Notes under the pieces: model-generated
What the model saw: only the letters and a program-made list of their open reading frames with translations
Database searches by the model: none
What the model was told of the DNA's origin: nothing
Part shown: piece by piece, positions 9,804 to 17,724 of the stretch
Numbering within the stretch: position 1 is the first letter of the stretch
Layout of the letters: each line of letters opens with the position of its first letter
Source: Candidatus Omnitrophota bacterium
GTDB lineage: Bacteria; Ratteibacteria; UBA8468; MWAK01
Assembly (NCBI GenBank): GCA_043826355.1
Contig: JBDRQI010000022.1
Span: 1-19,508 of the forward strand
Direction of reading: 5' to 3'
DNA length: 19,508 nucleotides
Made by a program: the position numbers and the translations under genes

Positions 9804-10422
9804 CTATTGTGCGACAACGGTTTCCGAGTTTTCAAGAACCGACGTTCTTACCTCTCGTGCCAGATTTGTGCCATATGGAATCCCTCTGTCACCCGGGTTC
9901 CCGGTCTTCCTGGCCAGAATGTCCACAGCGTATTGCCGGTGTTCCGGGGAGAGGTGAGCGTACTTAAGGGTCATCTGATAACTCTGGTGACCAAGAAGCT
10001 CGCCGACGGTTTTCAGGTCAACGCCGCTCATTACCAACCAGGACGCGAAGGTGTGCCTCAAATCATGGAGGTGATAAAGGTTCGGTAAAATTGATATCCT
10101 GCCACCTAAGATTGAGTAACTCGCTCCGTCTAAGTTCCAAGTTGAGAGCCAACAGGACAACCGACTTCAAAGGTTCTTCGCAGGCCTGTATCAACTTCTG
10201 GGCTTCAAGTTCTTCCAGGTAGCGCACCCTGGTATTGTCCACCTTGAATACCTTTACCTTGGGAATCCCCGTCTTAATTATACCCCACGCCTTAGCCTTA
10301 TTCAAAATACCTCTAAGGAAATTAAGCTCTCTGTTGACCGTAGCATGTTTCACTCCGGCTTCAAGTCTGCTTTTCTTATATTTTTCAATATCTAATTCTT
10401 TGATTTCGTAAAGATATTTCTT
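9804..10422 (-). pseudogene. Phage-type tyrosine integrase, N-terminally truncated, internally deleted and frameshifted
   Basis: Frame A reads KYLYEIKELDIEKYKKSRL...ATVNREL...RVRYL...[15 protein letters not shown]. It jumps near 10080 into frame [41 protein letters not shown]. The segment between box I and box II is missing. Confidence 0.92.
9857..9873. repeat. Recurring GTGCCAGATT-core motif, copy 2
   Basis: GTGCCAGATTTGTGCCA contains GTGCCA twice at 11 bp spacing. The first 14 bp are identical to 3209-3222. Confidence 0.6.
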
Positions 10423-10450
10423 TTTGACGGGTAGATTACAATGTGGTTAC

Positions 10451-11722
10451 TTATATTTTCTTAAATTCTGAATCGATCCATCCTCGGGTGTTAATACCCA
10501 ATTTCCCTGCACGATCGGCTATGTCTTTCTGAATTACCCACCCACGGGGATTGCCAACCCCCGAAAGACTCTTCCAGAGACACGCTACAAGCCACTCCTT
10601 CACGGCCGTACGCTCATGTCCCAAATAAGCGTACACCCGAAGGATTTCGTTTTTCGGATTAAAGCCAATATCCGCATAGGACAAATCCATCAACAGGAAC
10701 GGCATGGACCGTCCAAGGAGCCATTTATCCAGTCCCAGCGTATAGCCGAACAGAAGTTCCGCCAATCGCCGACGCTCCGTTCCCGCGATCCGCTCCGGAA
10801 TACCCGGGGAAAGCGTACCGATGTCGTGAACCCAGCGTTCAATCCAGCGGAACATGCTGTGGTGACAATGAGAAAGACCATGCAAGCCATGAGCAATTGC
10901 ACCGCAGACTCGATATAAATCTTTTTTACGCGGGTCACCGACCGTTTGCAGGTTCTCGTAGAATTCTGGTTTGTAATCGGGGTAGATTTTGGGCAAACCA
11001 GCGAGTCTGGATATCTCGCCGTCCAGTTGCGAACCACGTCCGCCATCTTCAAAGCAGTTGTGGTTAACTGCGCCGCAGTCTGCGTTTCGCTTGGTAAAGA
11101 ACTCAAACGGCAATAGCATCCGCCTAATCATCAGACGCTGTATTTCCGATAACTCTGCGCTTAAGGGCAGCCAACCGTAGGTACGCCGGATAAAACCTTC
11201 GGCATCCGGGAAGCGTTCAATCAACGATTTGGATTCTGCGGCTGCCAGGTAACCCAGAATGATCTGCTCGATTGCGGCCATGGCTTTTTCCTGACCATGT
11301 TGTGTTACCCGGTTTTCCCACCACATGCCGCCGCACCAGCAGCCGTTATGCAGCGGCGGCTCGAGAAACCGAGCGCGGCCTATGGCCATCAGAATATCGT
11401 CAACCGTTGTCGGAATTCCCGACTCACATAAGACCAGACTGCCTATTTGAGCGCGAACCTGTCGCGTATCATCATCCAAATGGCCCAGCCGTTCCTGAAG
11501 AGCGTTTAGACAGCGAATCTCCTCGTCCCACTTAGCCGGGTCGCTCCGCCATGTCCAGACCGACCATTTTTCAATCACGTTGCTATTTTTGTCGGTAAAT
11601 CGCGAAATGGGCCAATTATTGGACTCAATTGGCCTGTCGGATTTTTCCCCGGTGTATATCGCCTCAAAACCTGGTGAAACCGTCTCGTACGGCACCAATT
11701 TTCGTTTATCTGATTCACCCAT
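10451..11722 (-). CDS. Hypothetical protein, 423 aa, with Trp/Cys/His-rich motifs
   Basis: Long uninterrupted ORF starting 19 bp after the methyltransferase stop with an AAGG RBS. No family recognised. Confidence 0.8.
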   Translation of the reverse strand: MGESDKRKLVPYETVSPGFEAIYTGEKSDRPIESNNWPISRFTDKNSNVIEKWSVWTWRSDPAKWDEEIRCLNALQERLGHLDDDTRQVRAQIGSLVLCESGIPTTVDDILMAIGRARFLEPPLHNGCWCGGMWWENRVTQHGQEKAMAAIEQIILGYLAAAESKSLIERFPDAEGFIRRTYGWLPLSAELSEIQRLMIRRMLLPFEFFTKRNADCGAVNHNCFEDGGRGSQLDGEISRLAGLPKIYPDYKPEFYENLQTVGDPRKKDLYRVCGAIAHGLHGLSHCHHSMFRWIERWVHDIGTLSPGIPERIAGTERRRLAELLFGYTLGLDKWLLGRSMPFLLMDLSYADIGFNPKNEILRVYAYLGHERTAVKEWLVACLWKSLSGVGNPRGWVIQKDIADRAGKLGINTRGWIDSEFKKI

Positions 11723-11741
11723 CCTTAATTTTTATCATTAT

Positions 11742-12482
11742 TTACTTTTTTCGCATAGCATAAAAGCCATAACCGTAATATTCCGAGTATTTTTTATGCA
11801 TCTCCATTTCCAATCGAAACGAATCAAACAGAGCCTGTGCCTTCTTGTCGTCCCAATATTTACGCTCCATCTCGGTTATTTTTTTCTCGGCCGGAGTATA
11901 ATAATCCGTCCACCACGACTTGGCCGGCAACGGAAAATAACCAATCATTTTATATCCGGCCGATTCTACGATGGGATAAATACATTTGTAATATTTCATA
12001 TCCGGATATTCCCTGCTAAAATAATCCCTTATTCGCTGCGGTACTTCTTTTTTAAACCATACCAGTTCGCTGATTATCAGATATCCTTTGGAACGCAGCA
12101 GTCTTTTCCAGGATTTAAGTGCGTTTTCAAATCCCATGATATAAACTGCCCCTTCAGACCATATTACATCAAAACTTTCTTCCATAAAATTCATTGAGTT
12201 CATATTACCGATAACACAATCTATTTTGTCCGCGTAACCGGACCGGCGGGTATTACGTTTGAGCGTATCAATAAACGGGACATGATTGTCCAGGGCGGTA
12301 ATTTTACCTGGCGTCAATTTTGCCAGCGTAATCGTTTGACTGCCGGTTCCGCATCCCACATCCAGTATTTCAGGATGCGGGGGTAAGCTAGCGAGTTTTT
12401 GAAACGCTTTAGCCGTTGATTTTTCGTCACCCGGCCCCTGTCTGGGCAATGATTCAAATATCTCAAAATAAATTTTTTCCAT
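11742..12482 (-). CDS. Class I SAM-dependent methyltransferase
   Basis: Motifs LPRQGPG, motif I ILDVGCGTG and FDVIWSEGAVY. GGAGG RBS upstream. Confidence 0.92.
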   Translation of the reverse strand: MEKIYFEIFESLPRQGPGDEKSTAKAFQKLASLPPHPEILDVGCGTGSQTITLAKLTPGKITALDNHVPFIDTLKRNTRRSGYADKIDCVIGNMNSMNFMEESFDVIWSEGAVYIMGFENALKSWKRLLRSKGYLIISELVWFKKEVPQRIRDYFSREYPDMKYYKCIYPIVESAGYKMIGYFPLPAKSWWTDYYTPAEKKITEMERKYWDDKKAQALFDSFRLEMEMHKKYSEYYGYGFYAMRKK

Positions 12483-12925
12483 TTGACATCCTCCGCTTGC
12501 CCATCAAAAGGAAATTTTTTATTTAGCCCGATACTTTGTCAAATCATCATACCGCCAACGATGAGAAAAGGGTTAAAAATGCATTTTCTGTTTTCCAGAT
12601 TTTACTTCTTTCTGCGTTCCAGGGTCAATTTCTCAGAGGAAACCGACACTAAAATAATAAACGGTTAGGGCATAAATGAAGGGTACGGTATATTGCTTAT
12701 ATCCGTCCGTAAAATCCGAGAATCTTACAGGAATAACAACTTTTCTTATTTCACTCCCGTCTTTGGCTGATTTTTCAAAAACTTCCACCACGCCTTTTTT
12801 GAAGATGGTTCCTGATAAGAAACGTCTTTAGAAAAAGAATATAGACGATTTATCCAACCTTCGGCGGTGGTATGGGTATCCGACAAAACCGGTATATACC
12901 GTCAGATATTTTTGGACAAATTGGC

Positions 12926-13354
12926 TCATTTCAAGTTTGCGGGTTGGTTTCGGTCCGGACTGTTGTTTTGGGTAGTGTTATTTTTTACCTTTTCCAAAAC
13001 AATCTTTTCACCGGAATGCACCTGCTTGAATTCCTGCGGGTCGGTAAGCAGTGCTCCGATAACCTCTACACTGCTGGCCGGCCTGATTTCACCCTTGGCG
13101 CTGACCGGTGTGGGTCCGAAAAAGATGCAGAAACACCTGCCTTCCGACCAGTATCCGAGGTCGCCAAGATTTACCGTCTCCCTGGGATCAGCCAGGTCCG
13201 CCTCAACCGGTATGGCGAAGTAGACCTCATCACCCCAGGTGTTAGCTGACGCGCAGATGGGAAGGGCGTTCCAGATAAATCCTGCGATTACGGATTCGTT
13301 TAGTTGCGCCAGGGCTTCCATCTTTCCGGCTTTGATGCGCACCTTCTTTTCCAT
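12926..13354 (-). CDS. Cyclophilin-like fold protein (DUF369/TM1367-like)
   Basis: Motifs ANTWGDEVYF, GDLGYWSEGRCFCIFFGPTP and EIRPASSVEVIG. Start placed at MEKKVRIK (13354). Confidence 0.85.
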   Translation of the reverse strand: MEKKVRIKAGKMEALAQLNESVIAGFIWNALPICASANTWGDEVYFAIPVEADLADPRETVNLGDLGYWSEGRCFCIFFGPTPVSAKGEIRPASSVEVIGALLTDPQEFKQVHSGEKIVLEKVKNNTTQNNSPDRNQPANLK

Positions 13355-13484
13355 ATATCTATTCAGCCTTTGACCAGATATTAGCACCTTGCCGGGTCAC
13401 GGTCAAAGTATTGAGGTTAAAACCAATTGCGGCTGAATAGTGAGGCAAAAGGGGTTTTGTGCCGGATGAAGTTGCTGGGCCGTC

Positions 13485-14255
13485 TCACTCTCTCAGGCGC
13501 TTTTGGATGTCGCCGCAGAGAGAAGGGTTTTTCATCGCCGCAGTGCCAATTGCCACCGCATCGGCGCCCTGTTCCAAGACGCGGCGGGCGCCCTCCAGAT
13601 CCTTAATTCCGCCTCCGACAACCAGACACGCACAATGCCCGGCAAACTGCTTTACTGCCTTTAATCCCGTTGATCCCGGAGAGTTAGTTTCCACATTAAC
13701 ACTGACAATCGGCACGCCAACTTCCGTGAGCGTATCCACTGCGGTAAGGGTGTTCTGTAGGTCGCCAAGTCCGATTTTAAAAATGACCGGAATAATGATG
13801 GAGGTCATTATCGCCTTTGCCCAACGCCGGAGGGACTTTGAATTACCCGGTTCACACAACGTTTCTCCAAGACCGGCACAGGTGAACATTTCCATCTCAG
13901 AATGCGTGCAGAGAGAAGCGTAATCGGCGCCCGCTTCCTGGGCGGCTGCAAGAAAACTCAGTGTGTGTTTAAGCTCAATGCTGATGACGCTGACACCCAC
14001 CTTGCTACCACCGGCACGGGCGGCTTTGACGTGTTCACGAAGATACGGTGCATAAACAGATCGGTCGGGTTTGAAAACGAATTTTGGGTCATAAGGAACC
14101 TTGTCACCGGGATCAACGATATACGTTCCCATCATCACCAGCGCTGCGCCGGCACCATGTAAGGCGCAATATGGACCATCTCCATATCCGCCCAATTCGG
14201 ATAGAACGACGCCTTTCTTCAATTCCGCGTAACTGTTTCCGGATACTTTAGGCAT
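13485..14255 (-). CDS. FMN-binding TIM-barrel protein, dihydrouridine synthase-like (MJ0144-like)
   Basis: N-terminal VVLSELGGYGDG..C, IPVIFKIG and phosphate-binding GGGIKD...GADAVAIGTAA. Confidence 0.65.
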   Translation of the reverse strand: MPKVSGNSYAELKKGVVLSELGGYGDGPYCALHGAGAALVMMGTYIVDPGDKVPYDPKFVFKPDRSVYAPYLREHVKAARAGGSKVGVSVISIELKHTLSFLAAAQEAGADYASLCTHSEMEMFTCAGLGETLCEPGNSKSLRRWAKAIMTSIIIPVIFKIGLGDLQNTLTAVDTLTEVGVPIVSVNVETNSPGSTGLKAVKQFAGHCACLVVGGGIKDLEGARRVLEQGADAVAIGTAAMKNPSLCGDIQKRLRE

Positions 14256-14416
14256 ATACCAAATTATATCCCGGTTTCTTAGGGTCTGTAAAGAAACCGC
14301 ATGGCCAAAACTACTTGCAGTTGGATGACGGGCACTTACTAAATTCCCCGTTGTGTTGGCAGAAAGGACCGGATTAAACGGAACATAGGATAATGGGACA
14401 GGGCATCCCCCTGATT

Positions 14417-14440
14417 CTTGTGCCAGATTCCTGTCGCGTT
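14417..14440. repeat. Recurring GTGCCAGATT-core motif, copy 3
   Basis: CTTGTGCCAGATTCCTGTCGCGTT matches 3206-3229 at 21/24 positions. Confidence 0.55.
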
Positions 14441-14557
14441 ACTATTCAAAACGGTATATTTCGATATAACTAAGCATAACTCGGGAAGGTGGGTAAAACG
14501 TTTGATAGACAACGAATTTGTTTATTTTATGCGGGTCTGCGAAAAAGGGCTTAATCG

Positions 14558-14598
14558 CCGTGTGAAAGTAGCGTTCGCACCAGCTGACCCAATTGCCC
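14558..14598 (-). pseudogene. Degenerate 5' half of tRNA-Val(CAC) (att-site relic)
   Basis: CCGTGTGAAAGTAGCGTTCGCACCAGCTGACCCAATTGCCC aligns to 9761-9801, covering the anticodon loop to the 5' end. No T arm or 3' acceptor strand is present. Confidence 0.85.
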
Positions 14599-14681
14599 GA
14601 CTATTACGCTGCAACGGGTTACGAATTTTCAAAAGCGGGCTCTATTCACTCTTATCCAGTCCGCTTTTGGTGATTTTTTAG

Positions 14682-14711
14682 TTGACAAATCGCGATATCG
14701 GAGACTAAAAT
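14682..14711 (+). promoter_or_regulatory. Candidate sigma70 promoter
   Basis: TTGACA-N18-TAAAAT upstream of the small membrane protein gene. Confidence 0.5.
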
Positions 14712-14776
14712 ACAATCAATAAAACAGTCTGTCAGGTTAAAATTTTTCTTTTCGGCAGACAAAGGGGGGATTGAAA

Positions 14777-15019
14777 ATGAATATTCAGGTACTTCAAAAA
14801 TTCTTTATGTGGTGCACAATCATAAACGGACTTCTGTTTGTTCTTTCGGTAACTTTTTGCACATTCGCCGGTAACTGGGTATACCGCATGCACAGCAAAA
14901 TGTTCCACCTCTCTAGGGAATCTTTCAATATTACAATTTACTCGTTTCTCGGGTTATTCAAGGTCCTGTTTCTGTTCTTCAACGCCGTCCCTTATATTGT
15001 CCTGCTCATCCTGAAATAA
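14777..15019 (+). CDS. Small membrane protein (DUF6868-like)
   Basis: FFMWCTIIN...YRMHSKMF...FNAVPYIVL with two hydrophobic helices. The AAGGGGGGA RBS favours ATG 14777. Confidence 0.75.
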   Translation: MNIQVLQKFFMWCTIINGLLFVLSVTFCTFAGNWVYRMHSKMFHLSRESFNITIYSFLGLFKVLFLFFNAVPYIVLLILK

Positions 15020-15188
15020 TAATTTTCTGTAATTTCTAAGCTCTCTTTATGATGGTTGCATTATAACGTGCCGGGTAAAAACGGCTCCGCTAAAATTTCC
15101 GGTTCAAGCTGAATTTACCGGTTACCATCAGCGCTAAAGAGAAAAGGGCAGCCATTCTTACCGCTTGACCCGCCTGCACAGAACAGGC

Positions 15189-15830
15189 TTATTTCTTCTT
15201 CATTTCTTCTTTGCCGCAAATTATCTCTACCGCCTCTTCGGGTTTCTCCACGACGGCAATCAGGGACAGGTCCACCGCATCAATATAGTTCTCGGCTGTC
15301 ACCACTTTGGAAAGCCAGTCCAATAAACCCTTCCAGTAATCCCGGCCGACCAGTACTAAAGGAACTTTCGGGCTACGTCCGGTCTGGATAAGGCAGAGCG
15401 TTTCCATCAGTTCGTCTATGGTGCCAAAACCCCCGGGAAACAAGACAAAGGCGGAAGCAAACCGGACAAACATATACTTGCGTACCGCGAAATAACGGAA
15501 GGAAAGCGAAGTTTTAATATATGGGTTTGGTTTCTGTTCGTGGGGCAGTTCAATATTGAGGCCAACGGAAGCCCCGCCGGCTTCAGAAGCGCCCTTATTC
15601 GCCGCCTCCATAATACCGGGGCCACCTCCGGTAATAACCGCGTAACCGGCCTTCGCCAGGCCGCGCGCCGTCTCCAATGCCTCCTGGTAATATGATTCGG
15701 TGGGCTTAATCCGGGCCGAACCAAAAATACTAACCGCTTTACCCAGGCCGGACAAAGATTCAAACCCATCCACAAATTCGGACATTATCCGAAAAACCCG
15801 CCAGCTGTCCTGAGAAAGTGGTATATTCAT
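15189..15830 (-). CDS. LOG family / TIGR00730 Rossmann-fold nucleotide monophosphate nucleosidase
   Basis: Motifs SWRVFRIMSEF, VSIFGSAR, TGGGPGIMEAAN, FRYFAVRK and PGGFGTIDE. GGAGG RBS upstream. Confidence 0.92.
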   Translation of the reverse strand: MNIPLSQDSWRVFRIMSEFVDGFESLSGLGKAVSIFGSARIKPTESYYQEALETARGLAKAGYAVITGGGPGIMEAANKGASEAGGASVGLNIELPHEQKPNPYIKTSLSFRYFAVRKYMFVRFASAFVLFPGGFGTIDELMETLCLIQTGRSPKVPLVLVGRDYWKGLLDWLSKVVTAENYIDAVDLSLIAVVEKPEEAVEIICGKEEMKKK

Positions 15831-15915
15831 TTTAACCTCCCCGAAATTAACAGGCGTGACGCCTGTCCGACTCTTAAATATATTTTATCATATCTTAAAT
15901 GGTTTATGTTGTTTA

Positions 15916-15944
15916 TTGACAATAAAAAACATAAAACTTATAAT
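15916..15944 (+). promoter_or_regulatory. Consensus sigma70 promoter
   Basis: Perfect TTGACA-N17-TATAAT in an AT-rich divergent intergenic region. Confidence 0.75.
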
Positions 15945-16047
15945 AGTAAATCACAAACGCCTGTCAAACCGTAAGAAGTCGATCAAACCGACAGGAAAAA
16001 TTCCTGTTTTTAACCCAACCCAAAATGACCGAACGGGGAAAATTTAT

Positions 16048-16242
16048 TTAGGCGCTTTCATTCGGCAAAACGGATATTGAAGCCGGAATATCGCCTGCCG
16101 GAGCGGAATTGACAAACGGACAATCGCCAGAGGTGGTAAAATAATGGAAGAAGAAGTGCTCCGGTTCGTACCGGCCCTCTTCAAAAAAAGGCAGCCACAT
16201 TCTCTCTGTGACCACGGAATACCGCCGGATATCTCCTGGTAA
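16048..16242 (+). pseudogene. Possible eroded GntR-HTH transcriptional regulator
   Basis: Consecutive frame-shifted fragments LGAFIRQNG, LKPEYRLPER and GIDKRTIARGGKIMEEEVLRFVP resemble a GntR wHTH. A later GIPPDIS resembles a LacI-type sugar-binding motif. Confidence 0.35.
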
Positions 16243-16316
16243 AACTTCAGGCGATATAACCGGCTTCCGGCAAAACTGGACGGATAGTTGCGAAAATAAT
16301 TAAGGAGAAAAATAAG

Positions 16317-17555
16317 ATGAAAAAATATGTTTTGGTTGGTGCGAGCGGACGGTCTATCGGCATGTATGCCCAGCCCATCAAGGAAAGGTTCTCCGATTGC
16401 GCGAAGATAGTGGGGATATTTGACGTAAATCCCTTACGGGCAAAGAAAGTCAAAGAAATAGTCGGGCTGGGTTGTGAAGTATTTACGGACTTTGACGCAA
16501 TGCTTAAAAAGACCAGGCCGGACGTCTCCATCGTCACCACAGTGGACCGATTCCACCACCTCTATATCATCAAATCCCTGGAAGCCGGTCTGGACGCCAT
16601 CGTGGAAAAGCCGATGGCGATTGACGCCAAAAAGTGCAATGCGATTCTGGAGTCCGAGAAGAAAACCGGCAAAAAAGTGACGGTTACTTTCAACTACCGG
16701 TTCACCCCCTACACCACCCGAATAAAAGAACTTCTGAAGAAAGAAATTGTCGGGAACATCCTGAACGTAAATTTCGAGTGGATGCTTGACACCAGCCACG
16801 GCGCCGACTATTTCCGGCGCTGGCACCGGAAGATGGAGAATTCCGGCGGACTCCTGGTCCATAAAGCGACTCATCATTTCGACCTGTTAAATTGGTGGCT
16901 GGAAGAAGAACCGGAGCAGGTAATGGCTTTCGGCTCCCGACGTTTCTACGGCCCAACTCGAAAGGAACGGGGCGAACGCTGCCTCACCTGCAGGTATAAA
17001 AAGACCTGCGAGTTCTATCTTGACATTACCCGGTCGACAGTCGGGGTACCGTTGAAGGAATTTTATCTGGAGACCGAAAGCGCTGACGGCTACTACCGGG
17101 ACCGCTGCGTCTTCGCCGAAGAGATTGACATCTACGATACGATGAGCGTTAACGTCCAATATTCCGGCGGGGCTTTCTTGAGTTACTCCCTGACCGCCCA
17201 CTCCCCTTACGAGGGCTGGAAGGCCTCCATCAACGGCACCAAGGGCAGGTTGGAGATAGCCGAATACCACAGCGGGATGAAAGTCGCCGAACCGGCGCTT
17301 TACATTAATCTCTACAATCGAAAAGGCGAAAAGATGGAATATACGATACCCAAGGCAACCGGCGGACACGGCGGCGGAGACGAACGGCTGCAGGATATGT
17401 TATTCCGGGGCGGAATTCCCGACCCGTTAAACCATCAGGCCGGTTCTTACGCCGGCGCAACCTCTATCTTAACCGGCATTGCCGCCAATAAATCCATCAA
17501 GGACGGCAAAGCGATCAGGATAAAAGACCTGGTGCCGTTGGATAAATATAAATAA
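16317..17555 (+). CDS. Gfo/Idh/MocA family oxidoreductase
   Basis: Motifs EKPMA, VTFNYRF, HGADYFRRWHR, SGGLLVHKATHHFD and GHGGGD. AAGGAG RBS upstream. Confidence 0.92.
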   Translation: MKKYVLVGASGRSIGMYAQPIKERFSDCAKIVGIFDVNPLRAKKVKEIVGLGCEVFTDFDAMLKKTRPDVSIVTTVDRFHHLYIIKSLEAGLDAIVEKPMAIDAKKCNAILESEKKTGKKVTVTFNYRFTPYTTRIKELLKKEIVGNILNVNFEWMLDTSHGADYFRRWHRKMENSGGLLVHKATHHFDLLNWWLEEEPEQVMAFGSRRFYGPTRKERGERCLTCRYKKTCEFYLDITRSTVGVPLKEFYLETESADGYYRDRCVFAEEIDIYDTMSVNVQYSGGAFLSYSLTAHSPYEGWKASINGTKGRLEIAEYHSGMKVAEPALYINLYNRKGEKMEYTIPKATGGHGGGDERLQDMLFRGGIPDPLNHQAGSYAGATSILTGIAANKSIKDGKAIRIKDLVPLDKYK

Positions 17556-17560
17556 AACAT

Positions 17561-17651
17561 GTAGGGACGGGGTTACATCCCCGCCCATGTTTTGACAGGC
17601 GAGATTTATCCGTCGTAGCCGGTTGTTGGCGAAGATGGACGCCTGTCCTAC
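17561..17651. repeat. REP-like palindromic doublet (GTAG...CTAC)
   Basis: GTAG precedes hairpin GGACGGGG/CCCCGCCC. A second stem GACAGGCG (17594-17601)/CGCCTGTC (17640-17647) is followed by CTAC. Confidence 0.5.
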
Positions 17652-17724
17652 AACAATGCGTGCGATAAATCACCGCTATGGGGCGGGAGGGGAGATAACC
17701 CCCCTGCTGCACAAACATTCACTT

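Noticed and set aside
10063..10100. Programmed frameshift producing an active integrase
   Set aside because: Even if the frames are joined, the region between box I and box II and the N-terminus are missing.
11580..12197. 205 aa plus-strand ORF
   Set aside because: It is antisense to the well-supported methyltransferase and the hypothetical gene.
14418..14681. 87 aa plus-strand ORF
   Set aside because: It spans the att-like tRNA fragment on the opposite strand, has a TTG start and shows no recognisable motif.
16109..16142. Second TTGACA...TAAAAT promoter
   Set aside because: The 22 bp spacer is too long for sigma70.
17623..17724. N-terminal extension of UxaE in the ORF track
   Set aside because: It runs through palindromic intergenic repeats; ATG 17725 is a more plausible start.
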